Below, piece after piece: positions 29,497 through 39,346 of a DNA stretch of 64,000 nucleotides; the first letter of the stretch is position 1; each line of letters opens with the position of its first letter. The DNA is from Ignavibacteriota bacterium. Its GTDB lineage: Bacteria; Bacteroidota; Ignavibacteria; UBA10030; UBA6906. Below the pieces are notes generated by a model. It saw nothing but the letters and a program-made list of their open reading frames with translations. It was not told the origin of the DNA and searched no databases. The stretch is from contig CAWDEM010000004.1 of NCBI GenBank assembly GCA_963801355.1, forward strand, positions 96,001-160,000. Direction: 5' to 3'. A program made the translations under genes and the position numbers.

Positions 29497-30477
29497 ATGG
29501 CCCGGTTACGGTACATACTCGCTTCCGTTTGCATCGCACTGCTCGTCCTCTTCCTTTCATCCTGCACCAGGAAGGCCGAGGGCCCGGTCCCTTACCGCAT
29601 AGCGGGGATTGTCTTTCAGGAAGACCAATTCTTCCGTCTGGTCCTCTTCGGCATGCGCGAAGCCGCCCGACAGGAGGGCGTCGTGTTGCTCGAAGCCAAC
29701 AGTGCAGGCAGGCCCGACAAGGAGATACAACTTGTCAACACGTATATCGCACAGAGTGTCGACGCCATCGTGATTTCACCTCTGAGCGCGACAGCTTCAC
29801 TCTCCGCATTGCAGCGCGCACACGCCGGTGGCATCACTGTCGTCACATATAACACGACGGTGGATGATACGATCCCTGTCGCTTACATCGAAAGCGACCA
29901 GACCGATCTGGGAGCATCCACGGGCCGGGCCGCACGCGCCTTCATCCAGACACACTTTAACGGGAAGGCGCGCATTGCTCTTCTTGCGTTTGATTCACAG
30001 GCGCCCGAACAGAGCAAGCAGCGCATCGCCGGATTCACACAGGAAGTCACCGCCCTTCCCGGCGTGCGCATTGTCTCCCGACAGGATGCCTGGTTGGCCG
30101 AACAGGCAGTGAAAAAGGCCGGCGACATTCTGACCGCGAATCCGGACATCAATCTGATCTGGGCAGCCAACGAAGGGGGGACCGTGGGAGCGGTGATGGC
30201 TGTGAACAACGCAGGCAAAGCCGGGAAGATCGTCGTCTTTGGCACCGATACCGGCACGCAGCTGGCTGATTTCCTTCTCGACGATACTGATATCCTGCAG
30301 GCTGTCACAGGACAGCAGCCTTTTGAAATCGGCTCGCTCGCACTCCATACTGCACTCGATGCCGTCCGGGGGAAGAAAGTGGACAAACGGATTTCCCTTC
30401 CGGGAGTTCTTCTCTCCCGCGCGTCTCCTGACTCCGTGCGAGCGTTTCGCCGGCGCCTGCAGACATTGACCCAATAG
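29497..30477 (+). CDS. Sugar ABC transporter substrate-binding lipoprotein (RbsB-like)
   Basis: Lipobox LSSC; VDAIVISP, IWAANEGG, VFGTD, QQPFEIG. Confidence 0.88.
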   Translation: MARLRYILASVCIALLVLFLSSCTRKAEGPVPYRIAGIVFQEDQFFRLVLFGMREAARQEGVVLLEANSAGRPDKEIQLVNTYIAQSVDAIVISPLSATASLSALQRAHAGGITVVTYNTTVDDTIPVAYIESDQTDLGASTGRAARAFIQTHFNGKARIALLAFDSQAPEQSKQRIAGFTQEVTALPGVRIVSRQDAWLAEQAVKKAGDILTANPDINLIWAANEGGTVGAVMAVNNAGKAGKIVVFGTDTGTQLADFLLDDTDILQAVTGQQPFEIGSLALHTALDAVRGKKVDKRISLPGVLLSRASPDSVRAFRRRLQTLTQ

Positions 30478-30487
30478 GGGCACCGGC

Positions 30488-31981
30488 ATGCGCATCGCCA
30501 CTCTTGAGCTTGACGGTATCCGCAAAGTTTTTCCGGGCACAACTGCACTTGACGGCGTCACGGTACGCTGGGAAGCGGGTTACGTCCACGCATTGATCGG
30601 CCGGAACGGCGCGGGCAAGAGCACGCTCGTCAATATCATCACCGGGGCACTTGCGCAAACCAGTGGCAGTGTCCGCCTTAACGGTGCCGTGGTGAATTTC
30701 CATTCGCCCGCCGACGCACGACGTTCCGGCATTGCCGCAGTTCATCAGGAACTCAGCCTTATCCCCGAGCTTGACGTCGCGGAGAATATCCTGCTTGGCC
30801 GCCTTCCGCGAAAGCCCGGAGTTTTCCCCGGCCGCGTTGATTGGCCGAACGCGTACCGGCAGGCGGAAGAACTCCTCGCACGGCTGAATGTGCACATTGA
30901 TCCCGCTGCCAGGGTCGGCTCGCTGTCAATGGCACAACAGCAACTGGTGGAGATCGCCAAAGCCATGGCGGATGACCCGTCGATTCTGCTTCTCGATGAG
31001 CCGACATCCGCCCTGTCGCGCCAGGAAGCAGACCATGTGTTCGACCTCATCCGGAGTCTCACCAGGCGCGGAGTCCTCATTCTCTATATCACACACCGCT
31101 TGCAGGAAATCGGCCGCATTGCAGACACGGTCACTGCGCTCCGCGACGGCATTTCGACACCCACCATCCCGATTGCCCAAGCCACACCCGATGTCATTGT
31201 CACAATGATGTTCGGGCAGAACATACGTTTCTCCCGCATGGTCGGGACGCCCGCAGCATGTCCGCCGGTTATGGAAGTGCGGGCACTTTCGAGGGCCAAC
31301 GCATTCCATGACGTCAGCTTCACACTCCAGAAGGGCGAAGTTCTTGGTATCGCGGGATTGCTTGGGTCGGGCCGGACCGAACTTCTGAGGTCACTCGCAG
31401 GTGCCGACATTCCTTCGGGTGGCACTGTTCTCCTCGAAGGAGAATCTGTGTATCCACGCTCCCCCGCGCAGATGAAACGGTTGGGCGTCGTACTTATACC
31501 GGAAAACCGCAAAGACCAGGGGCTCGTGCAAATGTTGTCGGTGCGTTCCAACATCTGTCTTGCAAGCCTTGACCGCATTGCGACGCACGGCTTCACCACG
31601 CGAAGGCGCGAGATGAACGCTGTTCGCTCCACTATCGGTGATTTGGGCATCGTAGTACCAGACCCGGAATTTTCCGTCTCATCGCTCAGCGGCGGCAATC
31701 AACAGAAGGTGGTCCTGGGGAAATGGCTGAACACGCAGCCCCGCATCATGCTCTTCGATGAACCCACGCGCGGCATTGACCTTCACGCAAAGCTGCAGAT
31801 CTTCCGGCTTGTCGTCCGGCTGAGTACACAGGGAATATCCTCGCTCATTGTCTCCAGTGAGCTCGAGGAGTTGATGTATATCTGCCACCGCATTCTTATC
31901 ATGAAAGACGGTCGCATGAGCGGCGTCTGCGATCCGGCCGTAACCTCTCTTGATGAATTGTTCGGACTGTGCATGCAATGA
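30488..31981 (+). CDS. Sugar ABC transporter ATPase (RbsA-like, tandem domains)
   Basis: GRNGAGKST, LDEPTSAL, LSGGNQQKV, DEPTRGID. Confidence 0.93.
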   Translation: MRIATLELDGIRKVFPGTTALDGVTVRWEAGYVHALIGRNGAGKSTLVNIITGALAQTSGSVRLNGAVVNFHSPADARRSGIAAVHQELSLIPELDVAENILLGRLPRKPGVFPGRVDWPNAYRQAEELLARLNVHIDPAARVGSLSMAQQQLVEIAKAMADDPSILLLDEPTSALSRQEADHVFDLIRSLTRRGVLILYITHRLQEIGRIADTVTALRDGISTPTIPIAQATPDVIVTMMFGQNIRFSRMVGTPAACPPVMEVRALSRANAFHDVSFTLQKGEVLGIAGLLGSGRTELLRSLAGADIPSGGTVLLEGESVYPRSPAQMKRLGVVLIPENRKDQGLVQMLSVRSNICLASLDRIATHGFTTRRREMNAVRSTIGDLGIVVPDPEFSVSSLSGGNQQKVVLGKWLNTQPRIMLFDEPTRGIDLHAKLQIFRLVVRLSTQGISSLIVSSELEELMYICHRILIMKDGRMSGVCDPAVTSLDELFGLCMQ

Positions 31982-32955
31982 ACTGGACCAGACATCTTCG
32001 ACACTCTTTTCTCGAGCTCATTCTGCTGGCGGTGTGCGTTGTCCTCGCCATCATCGCTCCGGGATTCTTCACGACCGACAACCTTCTGAATGTCCTGCGC
32101 AATGTGTCGATGCAGGGGATTATTGCCCTCGGCATGACATCGGTCATCATCGCAGGGGAAATCGATCTGAGCGTTGGTTCTGCGGTGGCCTTTGCCGGGT
32201 GCTGGACGGCATACCTCACAGGCCGGTTGTCCGACTGGCCTCCTGCGGCAGCGATAGGCACAGCGGCCGGAATCGCCGTCTGCACAGGCTTTGCACTGGG
32301 TGCCTTTGCGGGATTCATCCGCACGCGATTCAATGTCCCTTCGTTCATCAGCACCCTTGCGCTCATGACCGGTCTTTCGGGGGCGGCGGAGTTGATTACC
32401 AATGGCTTTCCCCTGACTCCGTTCCCGGCATGGTACAACATCATTGGTGGCGGGTATGTGCTGGGCATTCCAGTGCCGGCTCTGGTGTTCCTTGCAGCAT
32501 TTCTGGCGATGCATTTCTTCATGAGCAACACGGTATTCGGCCGCGAAGTGTATGCCGTCGGCGGGAATGCGGAAGCAGCACGGTTGAGCGGCATTAACGT
32601 GGCCCGTGTCAAGATACTTGTACTCGGTCTGACCTCCACACTCGCCGCTATCGCCGGCATCATGCAATCATCGGAAATCATGTCGGGCACCGCTACAACG
32701 GCAAAAGGATGGGAACTTGACGTCATCGCCGCGGTCATCATCGGAGGGACCAGTCTGACCGGTGGTGCGGGGACCGTTCGCGGAACAATGGTCGGCATCG
32801 TATTCCTCGGCGTCATTATCAACGGCATGACGCTCATGAACGTCAGTGAGTACTGGCAGCACGTGGTGCGCGGCATCTTGATTCTCGGAGCGGTGCTGAT
32901 CAATAGAATGCAGGCGGAGAGTGCTGCTGCACAACGTGCCGGAGTAACACGATGA
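31978..32955 (+). CDS. Sugar ABC transporter permease (RbsC-like)
   Basis: GEIDLSVG, GGNAEAARLSGI, ELDVIAAVIIGGTSL; ATGA coupling. Confidence 0.93.
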   Translation: MNWTRHLRHSFLELILLAVCVVLAIIAPGFFTTDNLLNVLRNVSMQGIIALGMTSVIIAGEIDLSVGSAVAFAGCWTAYLTGRLSDWPPAAAIGTAAGIAVCTGFALGAFAGFIRTRFNVPSFISTLALMTGLSGAAELITNGFPLTPFPAWYNIIGGGYVLGIPVPALVFLAAFLAMHFFMSNTVFGREVYAVGGNAEAARLSGINVARVKILVLGLTSTLAAIAGIMQSSEIMSGTATTAKGWELDVIAAVIIGGTSLTGGAGTVRGTMVGIVFLGVIINGMTLMNVSEYWQHVVRGILILGAVLINRMQAESAAAQRAGVTR

Positions 32956-34019
32956 TCAACCTCTTGTCACTGGGGTGGAACAGCCACTTTGCGGAGCGGT
33001 TTGCCGCGCTTTCCCAGGAGGGGGTGCTGCCCGCCCGCGTTGCCATCCAGCAAAAGCACCGGTACATCCTGTATACCGCCATGGGGGAACGACCCGGCGA
33101 AATCGCCGGCCGGGTTCACTATGAAGCCCACGGTACTCAGGACTATCCGGTGGTGGGCGACTGGGTCATAGTGCGCGAGAGGCCGGGTGAGGAGATGGTG
33201 ACGATTGTGGGCATACTCCCGCGACTCACGCGCTTTGCAAGGAAGGCAATAGGTGTCCGCACGGTCGAACAGGTCATCGCCGCCAACATCGACACCGCAT
33301 TTATCGTGAACGGACTTGATGCGGGCATCAATCCGCGCCGCGTCGAGCGGTACCTCGTTCTCGCCGCCGAAAGCGGGGCCCGTGCGGTTATCGTGCTCAA
33401 CAAGGCGGATCTCGTCACGGACGCCCCCGGGGCAGCGCGTGATCTGGCTTCGATTGCGCATGGCTCCCCGGTCGTGGTCACCAGCGCCATACGCAACGAG
33501 GGCCTGGACAGCCTCCTCAAGTTCCTGCCGTCCGGTTCGACCGGCGCACTTCTTGGACCATCCGGCGTCGGGAAGTCCACCATCGCCAACCAGCTACTTG
33601 GACAGAACAGACTGGAGACGGGAGAGGTGCGCGCCGCAGACCGGAAGGGCCGTCATATCACGAGTCACCGTGAACTTGTTATCCTGCCGGGCGGCGGTTT
33701 GCTTATTGATTCGCCGGGCATGCGGGAACTGCAGCTCTGGGGTGGCGAGGAAGGGATCCAGGAAGCCTTTGAGGATATCGTCGCTCTGGCGGAAGCCTGT
33801 AAGTTCCGGGACTGCCAGCATATTGCCGAGCCGGAGTGTGCCGTCCGCGCGGCTCTTGAGGGAGGCCGCCTTGATCCCGCACGATACGCGAGTTTTCAGA
33901 AGCTTCAGAAAGAAATCGCCTACCAAGCGCGCTTGCTCGACAAGACTGCCTCCCTGAAAGAGAAGCAGCGCGCAAAGCGTCTCACCGCGCAGCACAAGAG
34001 GGGTTACCGGAAGACCTAA
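32952..34019 (+). CDS. rsgA: Ribosome small subunit-dependent GTPase A
   Basis: PVVGDWV, LNKAD, GPSGVGKST, GRHIT, DSPG, CKFRDCQH..EPEC. Confidence 0.95.
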   Translation: MINLLSLGWNSHFAERFAALSQEGVLPARVAIQQKHRYILYTAMGERPGEIAGRVHYEAHGTQDYPVVGDWVIVRERPGEEMVTIVGILPRLTRFARKAIGVRTVEQVIAANIDTAFIVNGLDAGINPRRVERYLVLAAESGARAVIVLNKADLVTDAPGAARDLASIAHGSPVVVTSAIRNEGLDSLLKFLPSGSTGALLGPSGVGKSTIANQLLGQNRLETGEVRAADRKGRHITSHRELVILPGGGLLIDSPGMRELQLWGGEEGIQEAFEDIVALAEACKFRDCQHIAEPECAVRAALEGGRLDPARYASFQKLQKEIAYQARLLDKTASLKEKQRAKRLTAQHKRGYRKT

Positions 34020-34228
34020 CGGCTGGCAGCAGCCCTCTCTTTCCCGCCGAGTACGCGTGCCGGAAGAAAGAGCAGGGTTTTCAGGAACGCAAAGAGTGCT
34101 TCAAATGTAATCCCGACAATCCGGAATGGAATGGACAGCAGCCATACGATCGGGTAGAGTACCAGCGCCAGGAGCGCCAGCGGCCAGCAGAACACCAACA
34201 GAAGCAACCAGAGCAGGAATTTTATCAC
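34016..34228 (-). CDS. Small hydrophobic membrane protein (70 aa)
   Basis: GTG start after GGAGG; FLLWLLLLVFCWPLALLALVLYP. Confidence 0.7.
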   Translation of the reverse strand: MIKFLLWLLLLVFCWPLALLALVLYPIVWLLSIPFRIVGITFEALFAFLKTLLFLPARVLGGKERAAASR

Positions 34229-34247
34229 GGTGCACCTCCAGTTGATC

Positions 34248-34273
34248 ATACGGCAGGAATGCGCCGGGGTTGC
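34248..34273 (-). promoter_or_regulatory. ECF-sigma-type promoter
   Basis: Minus strand TGCAAC-N16-CGTA upstream of the small membrane gene. Confidence 0.5.
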
Positions 34274-34361
34274 ACTTGCGCCGCGAGTTGCATTCGCCCT
34301 TTCCTTGCCGTTCTTTGGCTGAGTTCGGTACATTTCTTTTCATTCTCCGGGGTACTACGTA

Positions 34362-35609
34362 ATGAACCAGCGTCAGCTCCGCAAAACGCTTGCGGGTTTC
34401 TATTCAAAGAAGTTCGACACCGGCACAGATCTGTTGACACATGTCGTCCAGCAGATCGTGGAGCATGCAGGGATTGAGATTACGGGCGGCCGTGTATGGC
34501 GTCTGCGCACTGCCGCCTTTGCGTACGAGCTTGCCGCTCAGGTCGGTTCCGTACACAAAATACGGGAGCGCTACCGGATCCGTGCCGACCGCTATGCGAT
34601 GTTCAAGCGGCTGCCGAAACAACGCACGGTGGTCCTGCGCGAAACCGACCGGTATCTCCGGCGCAGGGGGATCTTGCGTTATTCCGCCACCGGTGTGGGC
34701 GACATCGTGAAGGTCCACAACATCCCCTTCTACCAGTATATCCTCTCCTTCAACACAACGCTCAACGAAGATCAGATTGCTCCGACGCTCGACATCATCG
34801 GCATCGTTGTATCGAACATGTTGACGAGCCTGCGCAGTGAGCGGCAGGGCACCCAATACAAGAAGGCCCTCGACCAGGCCCGCGAGATCCAGCAGAGCAT
34901 CCTTCCCGACGGCGCGCTGCGGTTTCATCATTACGAGATCTACGGTCTTTCCGTTCCCGATAAGATCGTGGGCGGCGACTTCTTCGACTACATCATCAGC
35001 GACGATAAAGATCGGCTTTCGATCGCCATCGGCGATGCCGCAAGCAAGGGAATGGTCTCGGCCGTGCAGGCGTTTTATATATCGGGCGCCATCCGTATGG
35101 GCATCGGCTTTCAGACCAAGCTGATCTCACTTATTCACCGGATCAACTTGTTGACGCACAGGATGTTCCCGTCCGAGCGGTTCTTCACACTCGTGATCGC
35201 CGAGTTCACCAATGACGCGAAGGGAATTTGTCTCTACGTCAACGCGGGTCATCCGCGGCCGATCCTTTTTCACGCCGACACACGCGACACAGAAGTGCTG
35301 GAATCAACGGGCACGATTATCGGACCCTTTCCGGAACAATTGTTTCGCCGGGAGAGCGCCGTTCTCGGCAAGGGCGATCTCCTGCTGCTCTATACGGACG
35401 GCGTGATGGAAGCAATGGACGCTGAAGGCAATCAGTATTCAGAAAAGCGGCTGGCTGAGGATCTTGTGGCCTTGCACAGCCGCAGCGCCGAGGAGATTGC
35501 ACACGCAATTTTGGAGAGGGTGCAGCGGTATGGTGTGCGTGGTAAAAATCAGGATGACAAGACCATTGTGGTGGTGAAGAGGCTCCCCCCGATAGGCAAT
35601 AGGCACTAG
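34362..35609 (+). CDS. PP2C/SpoIIE (RsbU-like) phosphatase with N-terminal GAF-like region
   Basis: AREIQQSILP, VGGDFFD, IGDAASKG, NAGH, LYTDGVME, DDKT. Confidence 0.9.
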   Translation: MNQRQLRKTLAGFYSKKFDTGTDLLTHVVQQIVEHAGIEITGGRVWRLRTAAFAYELAAQVGSVHKIRERYRIRADRYAMFKRLPKQRTVVLRETDRYLRRRGILRYSATGVGDIVKVHNIPFYQYILSFNTTLNEDQIAPTLDIIGIVVSNMLTSLRSERQGTQYKKALDQAREIQQSILPDGALRFHHYEIYGLSVPDKIVGGDFFDYIISDDKDRLSIAIGDAASKGMVSAVQAFYISGAIRMGIGFQTKLISLIHRINLLTHRMFPSERFFTLVIAEFTNDAKGICLYVNAGHPRPILFHADTRDTEVLESTGTIIGPFPEQLFRRESAVLGKGDLLLLYTDGVMEAMDAEGNQYSEKRLAEDLVALHSRSAEEIAHAILERVQRYGVRGKNQDDKTIVVVKRLPPIGNRH

Positions 35610-35650
35610 GCAATGGGCAATAGGTGTCAGGTGCCTCGTGCCCAGTGCCT
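35594..35650. repeat. Head-to-head heptamer array between convergent genes
   Basis: aggcaat aggcact aggcaat gggcaat aggtgtc a ggtgcct cgtgccc agtgcct; overlaps both stop codons. Confidence 0.88.
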
Positions 35651-37835
35651 AAAAATAGTACAAGTACTTCACCTTCAGCACACCCGCCCGCTCCGTTGTG
35701 CGCATCCTCGCGGGCAGCAGTTCACCGCCTGGAGAGTACTCATCTTTTCGCTCCCGTACCTCATTCAACGCGAGATAAATCCAGCTCTTTGGCAGGAAGT
35801 TGTAGGAAAAGAGGAACCCCACGATCACCCGGTCAAGACGATCTGTGGATTTCACGAACACGTTGTCGACGTAGATGCGGAGGTTCAGATTGTTGACAGG
35901 TGTGACGGAGACATACGGACGGGCATTGTATGTGATATCTTCCACTTTGCCCCGGGGGTTTCCTTCAACATATGCATTGAACGACGTCCCGAGCTCGATG
36001 GCGTTTGACGTCTTCCATTCCACATTGCTGTACAGCCAGACGTAGGACGCAACATACTCACGATCAAAGTTGTACCCGTGAAAGAATCCACCGCCGAAAT
36101 TGCCTTCCCAGCGCGGTGAGGTATGGAACCATGTGCTCACGTCGACTTCCCACATATTGAATTCCTCACCTTCATCCCTGGTCGGTCCCCCGATGACCGT
36201 GACTTCGTAGCCCCACCCTTCCCTGAATTGCATGTTCAACCCGACTGCAGCCAGGCGGTCCCAGCAGAGATCCGTTTCCTCATATCTGAAACCGAGACCG
36301 CCGTAGAGAAAAATCTGGCTGAGTGCACCGGTGTCGAAAAACCAGCGGGGTCCGGTGATGGCATCAAGGAGCGCAGTCCCCTGCCAGGGAACAAACCCCA
36401 CATTGTCAACGTCGAAGGAGCTGCCAATGGCGCGTCCACGGATGAGCACCGCCCACGATTTGCCGAACTGGACAAAACCGGCGGAACCACCGAAATCCCC
36501 ATCCCCGTCTTTAATCGAACGTGCGATCTGATACGCCAGCTGCCAATCAGAACCTCGAAAGGCGCCGTCAATGTCCACAACTCCCTCAAGGTGACCAGGT
36601 GTGTGTTTTCCAACGAAGAGAAGGCCGACTGCCGAGTTTTCCAGAATGCGTTTCTTCACGCGGGCCGAGCTGAAGATCGCCGCCGGCTCCGTCTGCCGGA
36701 CGTCGTCATCGTCCGTGTACTCCACGCTGCCTGTCCGGGCAACGAACGTGCCGTATTCCCAGGACTCCAGGCGGCCGTGCGCCTTTGCGCCGATCTGCAG
36801 AGGAACAAGTGTGCCGTCATCAAGCACTTTGCCGATCCTGCGTGAATAGAAAAGCTCGAGGGGCGTGTAGAAACCCGTGTTGTTGTCCCGTCCGGCAGCC
36901 ATGAACACTTCCGTGCCGGTGGTAAAGAAGGGCCGCCGCTCGTTGAAGTAGCTTTCGTAGCGTGAGATGTTGAACTGGAAGGGATCTGCTTCGATCTGGG
37001 CGAAGTCGGGGTTGCCTGTGAGTTGAAGTGTTAGTTGCTCGGATGGATTATAGAAGAGATCGATCCCCGCATCGGGCTTGATGCTGTATTTTCCGCTTTC
37101 GGTGTATGTCGCCCGGGTAAGGACAACGGGATATACTTCCAGGTTAAGACCCTCTACTGTGGGCTGTGCGCTATTCAACCGGAGCGTACCGAATCTGGAG
37201 ATCCGCTGCCCTTCGTTCTGTTGATAAGTGCACCAGTAGACGTCTTCGTTCTTTGAGGATATCCATCGATCGAAATCCAACCCCCACTCGACGAGGCCCC
37301 GATTGTACCGGAGCGACTTGAACGGGATTTCCATCTCGATAACAAATCCCCATGCGTAGACACCGCTCCGGGCGAACCAGACGCCGTCCCAGCTGTAATC
37401 GCGGTTCCGCGCGTCGTCCAGCATGCGCGCATCTCCCTGTACCCCGGCTGCACTGACGGCGAATTTGTAGGCCGTCTGTTTGTCCCCAAACGTATCCAGC
37501 ATGAGTGATACTACATCGCCACTGGTCTCATCGTGCACAGAACTGATGTCCATGATCTCCGCATTTTCTTGCCTGCAGACTATCAGACAATAGAGCGCTT
37601 CGTCCGTTGCGAGGAGTTTTGCCACTGTGGCTTCGGAGGACGGTTTGCCGTAGTACGGCTGTAATTGCGTGTACCCATCTGTGGAATCAGCCTGATTCCA
37701 GAGTTCATCAACGACACCGTCAACGACCGGGGGAAACCGGACAGATTGCAGGGTCAGGACCTTTTCCCCGGAGAAAGCCACTCCATAAGCGAGGAGAAGG
37801 CCCACCACAATGCCCGTGTTTGATCGAAAACGCAA
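35649..37835 (-). CDS. CBM9-like plus DUF5916 outer-membrane protein
   Basis: PVVDGVVDE.W, LDTFGD, EMEIPFKSLRY, NPDFAQIEAD, ERRPFF, FYSRRIG; ends KVKYLYYF; start uncertain. Confidence 0.82.
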   Translation of the reverse strand: MRFRSNTGIVVGLLLAYGVAFSGEKVLTLQSVRFPPVVDGVVDELWNQADSTDGYTQLQPYYGKPSSEATVAKLLATDEALYCLIVCRQENAEIMDISSVHDETSGDVVSLMLDTFGDKQTAYKFAVSAAGVQGDARMLDDARNRDYSWDGVWFARSGVYAWGFVIEMEIPFKSLRYNRGLVEWGLDFDRWISSKNEDVYWCTYQQNEGQRISRFGTLRLNSAQPTVEGLNLEVYPVVLTRATYTESGKYSIKPDAGIDLFYNPSEQLTLQLTGNPDFAQIEADPFQFNISRYESYFNERRPFFTTGTEVFMAAGRDNNTGFYTPLELFYSRRIGKVLDDGTLVPLQIGAKAHGRLESWEYGTFVARTGSVEYTDDDDVRQTEPAAIFSSARVKKRILENSAVGLLFVGKHTPGHLEGVVDIDGAFRGSDWQLAYQIARSIKDGDGDFGGSAGFVQFGKSWAVLIRGRAIGSSFDVDNVGFVPWQGTALLDAITGPRWFFDTGALSQIFLYGGLGFRYEETDLCWDRLAAVGLNMQFREGWGYEVTVIGGPTRDEGEEFNMWEVDVSTWFHTSPRWEGNFGGGFFHGYNFDREYVASYVWLYSNVEWKTSNAIELGTSFNAYVEGNPRGKVEDITYNARPYVSVTPVNNLNLRIYVDNVFVKSTDRLDRVIVGFLFSYNFLPKSWIYLALNEVRERKDEYSPGGELLPARMRTTERAGVLKVKYLYYF

Positions 37836-37992
37836 GAGTCAGTGAACCGTGTGAAATGAACGGAATGGTGCGCACTCCCCTCCGTTGTATTGGACGCAGA
37901 AACGACGGAAATTGTTGCGTCTCTTGGCCAAACTGCCTATTTTCGAGGAACAGGAATTCCTTCACCCGCACCTCGACCCGGATCCAAATTCT

Positions 37993-39346
37993 ATGCCTGC
38001 ACTCGAACAGTTTCTGCAAAGCATCAGCGATCTCATCTGGGGCTACCCATTGCTGGTGCTGCTCTTCGGGACACACCTTTTTCTGACATTCCGCCTCCGT
38101 TTCATACAGCGATATATCGGGACCGCCATAAAAATATCCCTGAAACGTTCCAGTGAAGGGACCGGCGATGTCAGCCAGTTCGGGGCCCTGACGACGGCGC
38201 TGGCTGCGACAATCGGCACGGGAAACATTGTTGGTGTTGCCACCGCTGTGGCGGCAGGGGGACCCGGCGCCGTGCTCTGGATGTGGCTCACCGGAGTCTT
38301 CGGCATTGCGACAAAATACAGCGAGGCCCTTCTCGCGGTCAAGTACCGGATCAAAACTGCATCGGGTGCCATGGCGGGCGGACCGATGTATGTACTGGAA
38401 CGCGGCATGAAAGCGAAATGGCTGGGCGTGGTGTTCGCTTTCCTCACCGCCTTTGCAGCCTTCGGCATAGGAAACATGGTACAGGCCAACTCCATCTCGA
38501 CAATGGTGGCTGAGAACTTCAAGATCTCCCCCTGGATCACCGGTGTTCTCATGACTGTGTTGACGGCCGTCGTCATCATCGGCGGCATTAAGTCCATAGC
38601 CCGGGTCTGTGAGGCGCTGGTGCCATTCATGGCCATATTTTACGTACTGGGATGCCTCATTCTTCTCATCATGAACTACAGCACGTTGCCTGACACGGTC
38701 TCTTTGATATTCAACTCCGCATTTACCGGCCAGGCGGCCATCGGGGGGTTTCTCGGTGCGGGCATGAAAGAGGCGATCCGCTATGGAATGGCCCGCGGGC
38801 TGTTTTCCAACGAATCCGGACTCGGGAGCGCCCCTATCGTTGCGGCGGCTGCACAAACAAAGAACCCGGTGCGCCAGGCGCTGGTCTCTTCCACCGGCAC
38901 GTTCTGGGATACCGTCGTGGTCTGCGCCATGACCGGCCTCGTGCTGGTAAATTCGGGAGAGTGGATATATGGGTTGAAAGGTGCCGCACTTACGAGTGCG
39001 GCGTTTGCGGATTTTCCCGTCATCGGACCAATTGTACTTACCGTAGGACTTCTGACATTTGTCTTTTCGACCATTCTCGGGATGGTCTTACTACGGCGAG
39101 AAGGCCGCGGAGTATCTGCTTGGGTCTCGCGTGATCAAGCCGTACCGCTGGCTCTGGGTTGCCGCAGTGATGGCCGGATCGGTACTATCGTTGCCGCTCG
39201 TCTGGACGTTTGCCGACATCGCCAACGGCTTGATGGCAATCCCCAACCTGATCTCGCTTCTTGTATTAAGCGGCGTGCTGATTGCAGAGACAAAGCACTT
39301 TCTCTGGAACAAGAATCTCGATGACAATGCAGAAGGTGGTCTATGA
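37993..39346 (+). pseudogene. Alanine/glycine:cation symporter (AGCS) interrupted by a +1 frameshift
   Basis: ATIGTGNIVGVA, GGPGA, RGLFSNESGLGS; ...FSTILG continues as WSYYGE...NGLMAIPNL in another frame, extra G at 39079-39081; could be a sequencing error. Confidence 0.8.

Noticed and set aside
37720-38856. 378-aa minus-strand ORF
   Set aside because: Mostly antisense to the AGCS symporter; only its last ~50 codons are considered, as a possible uORF or frameshifted N-terminus
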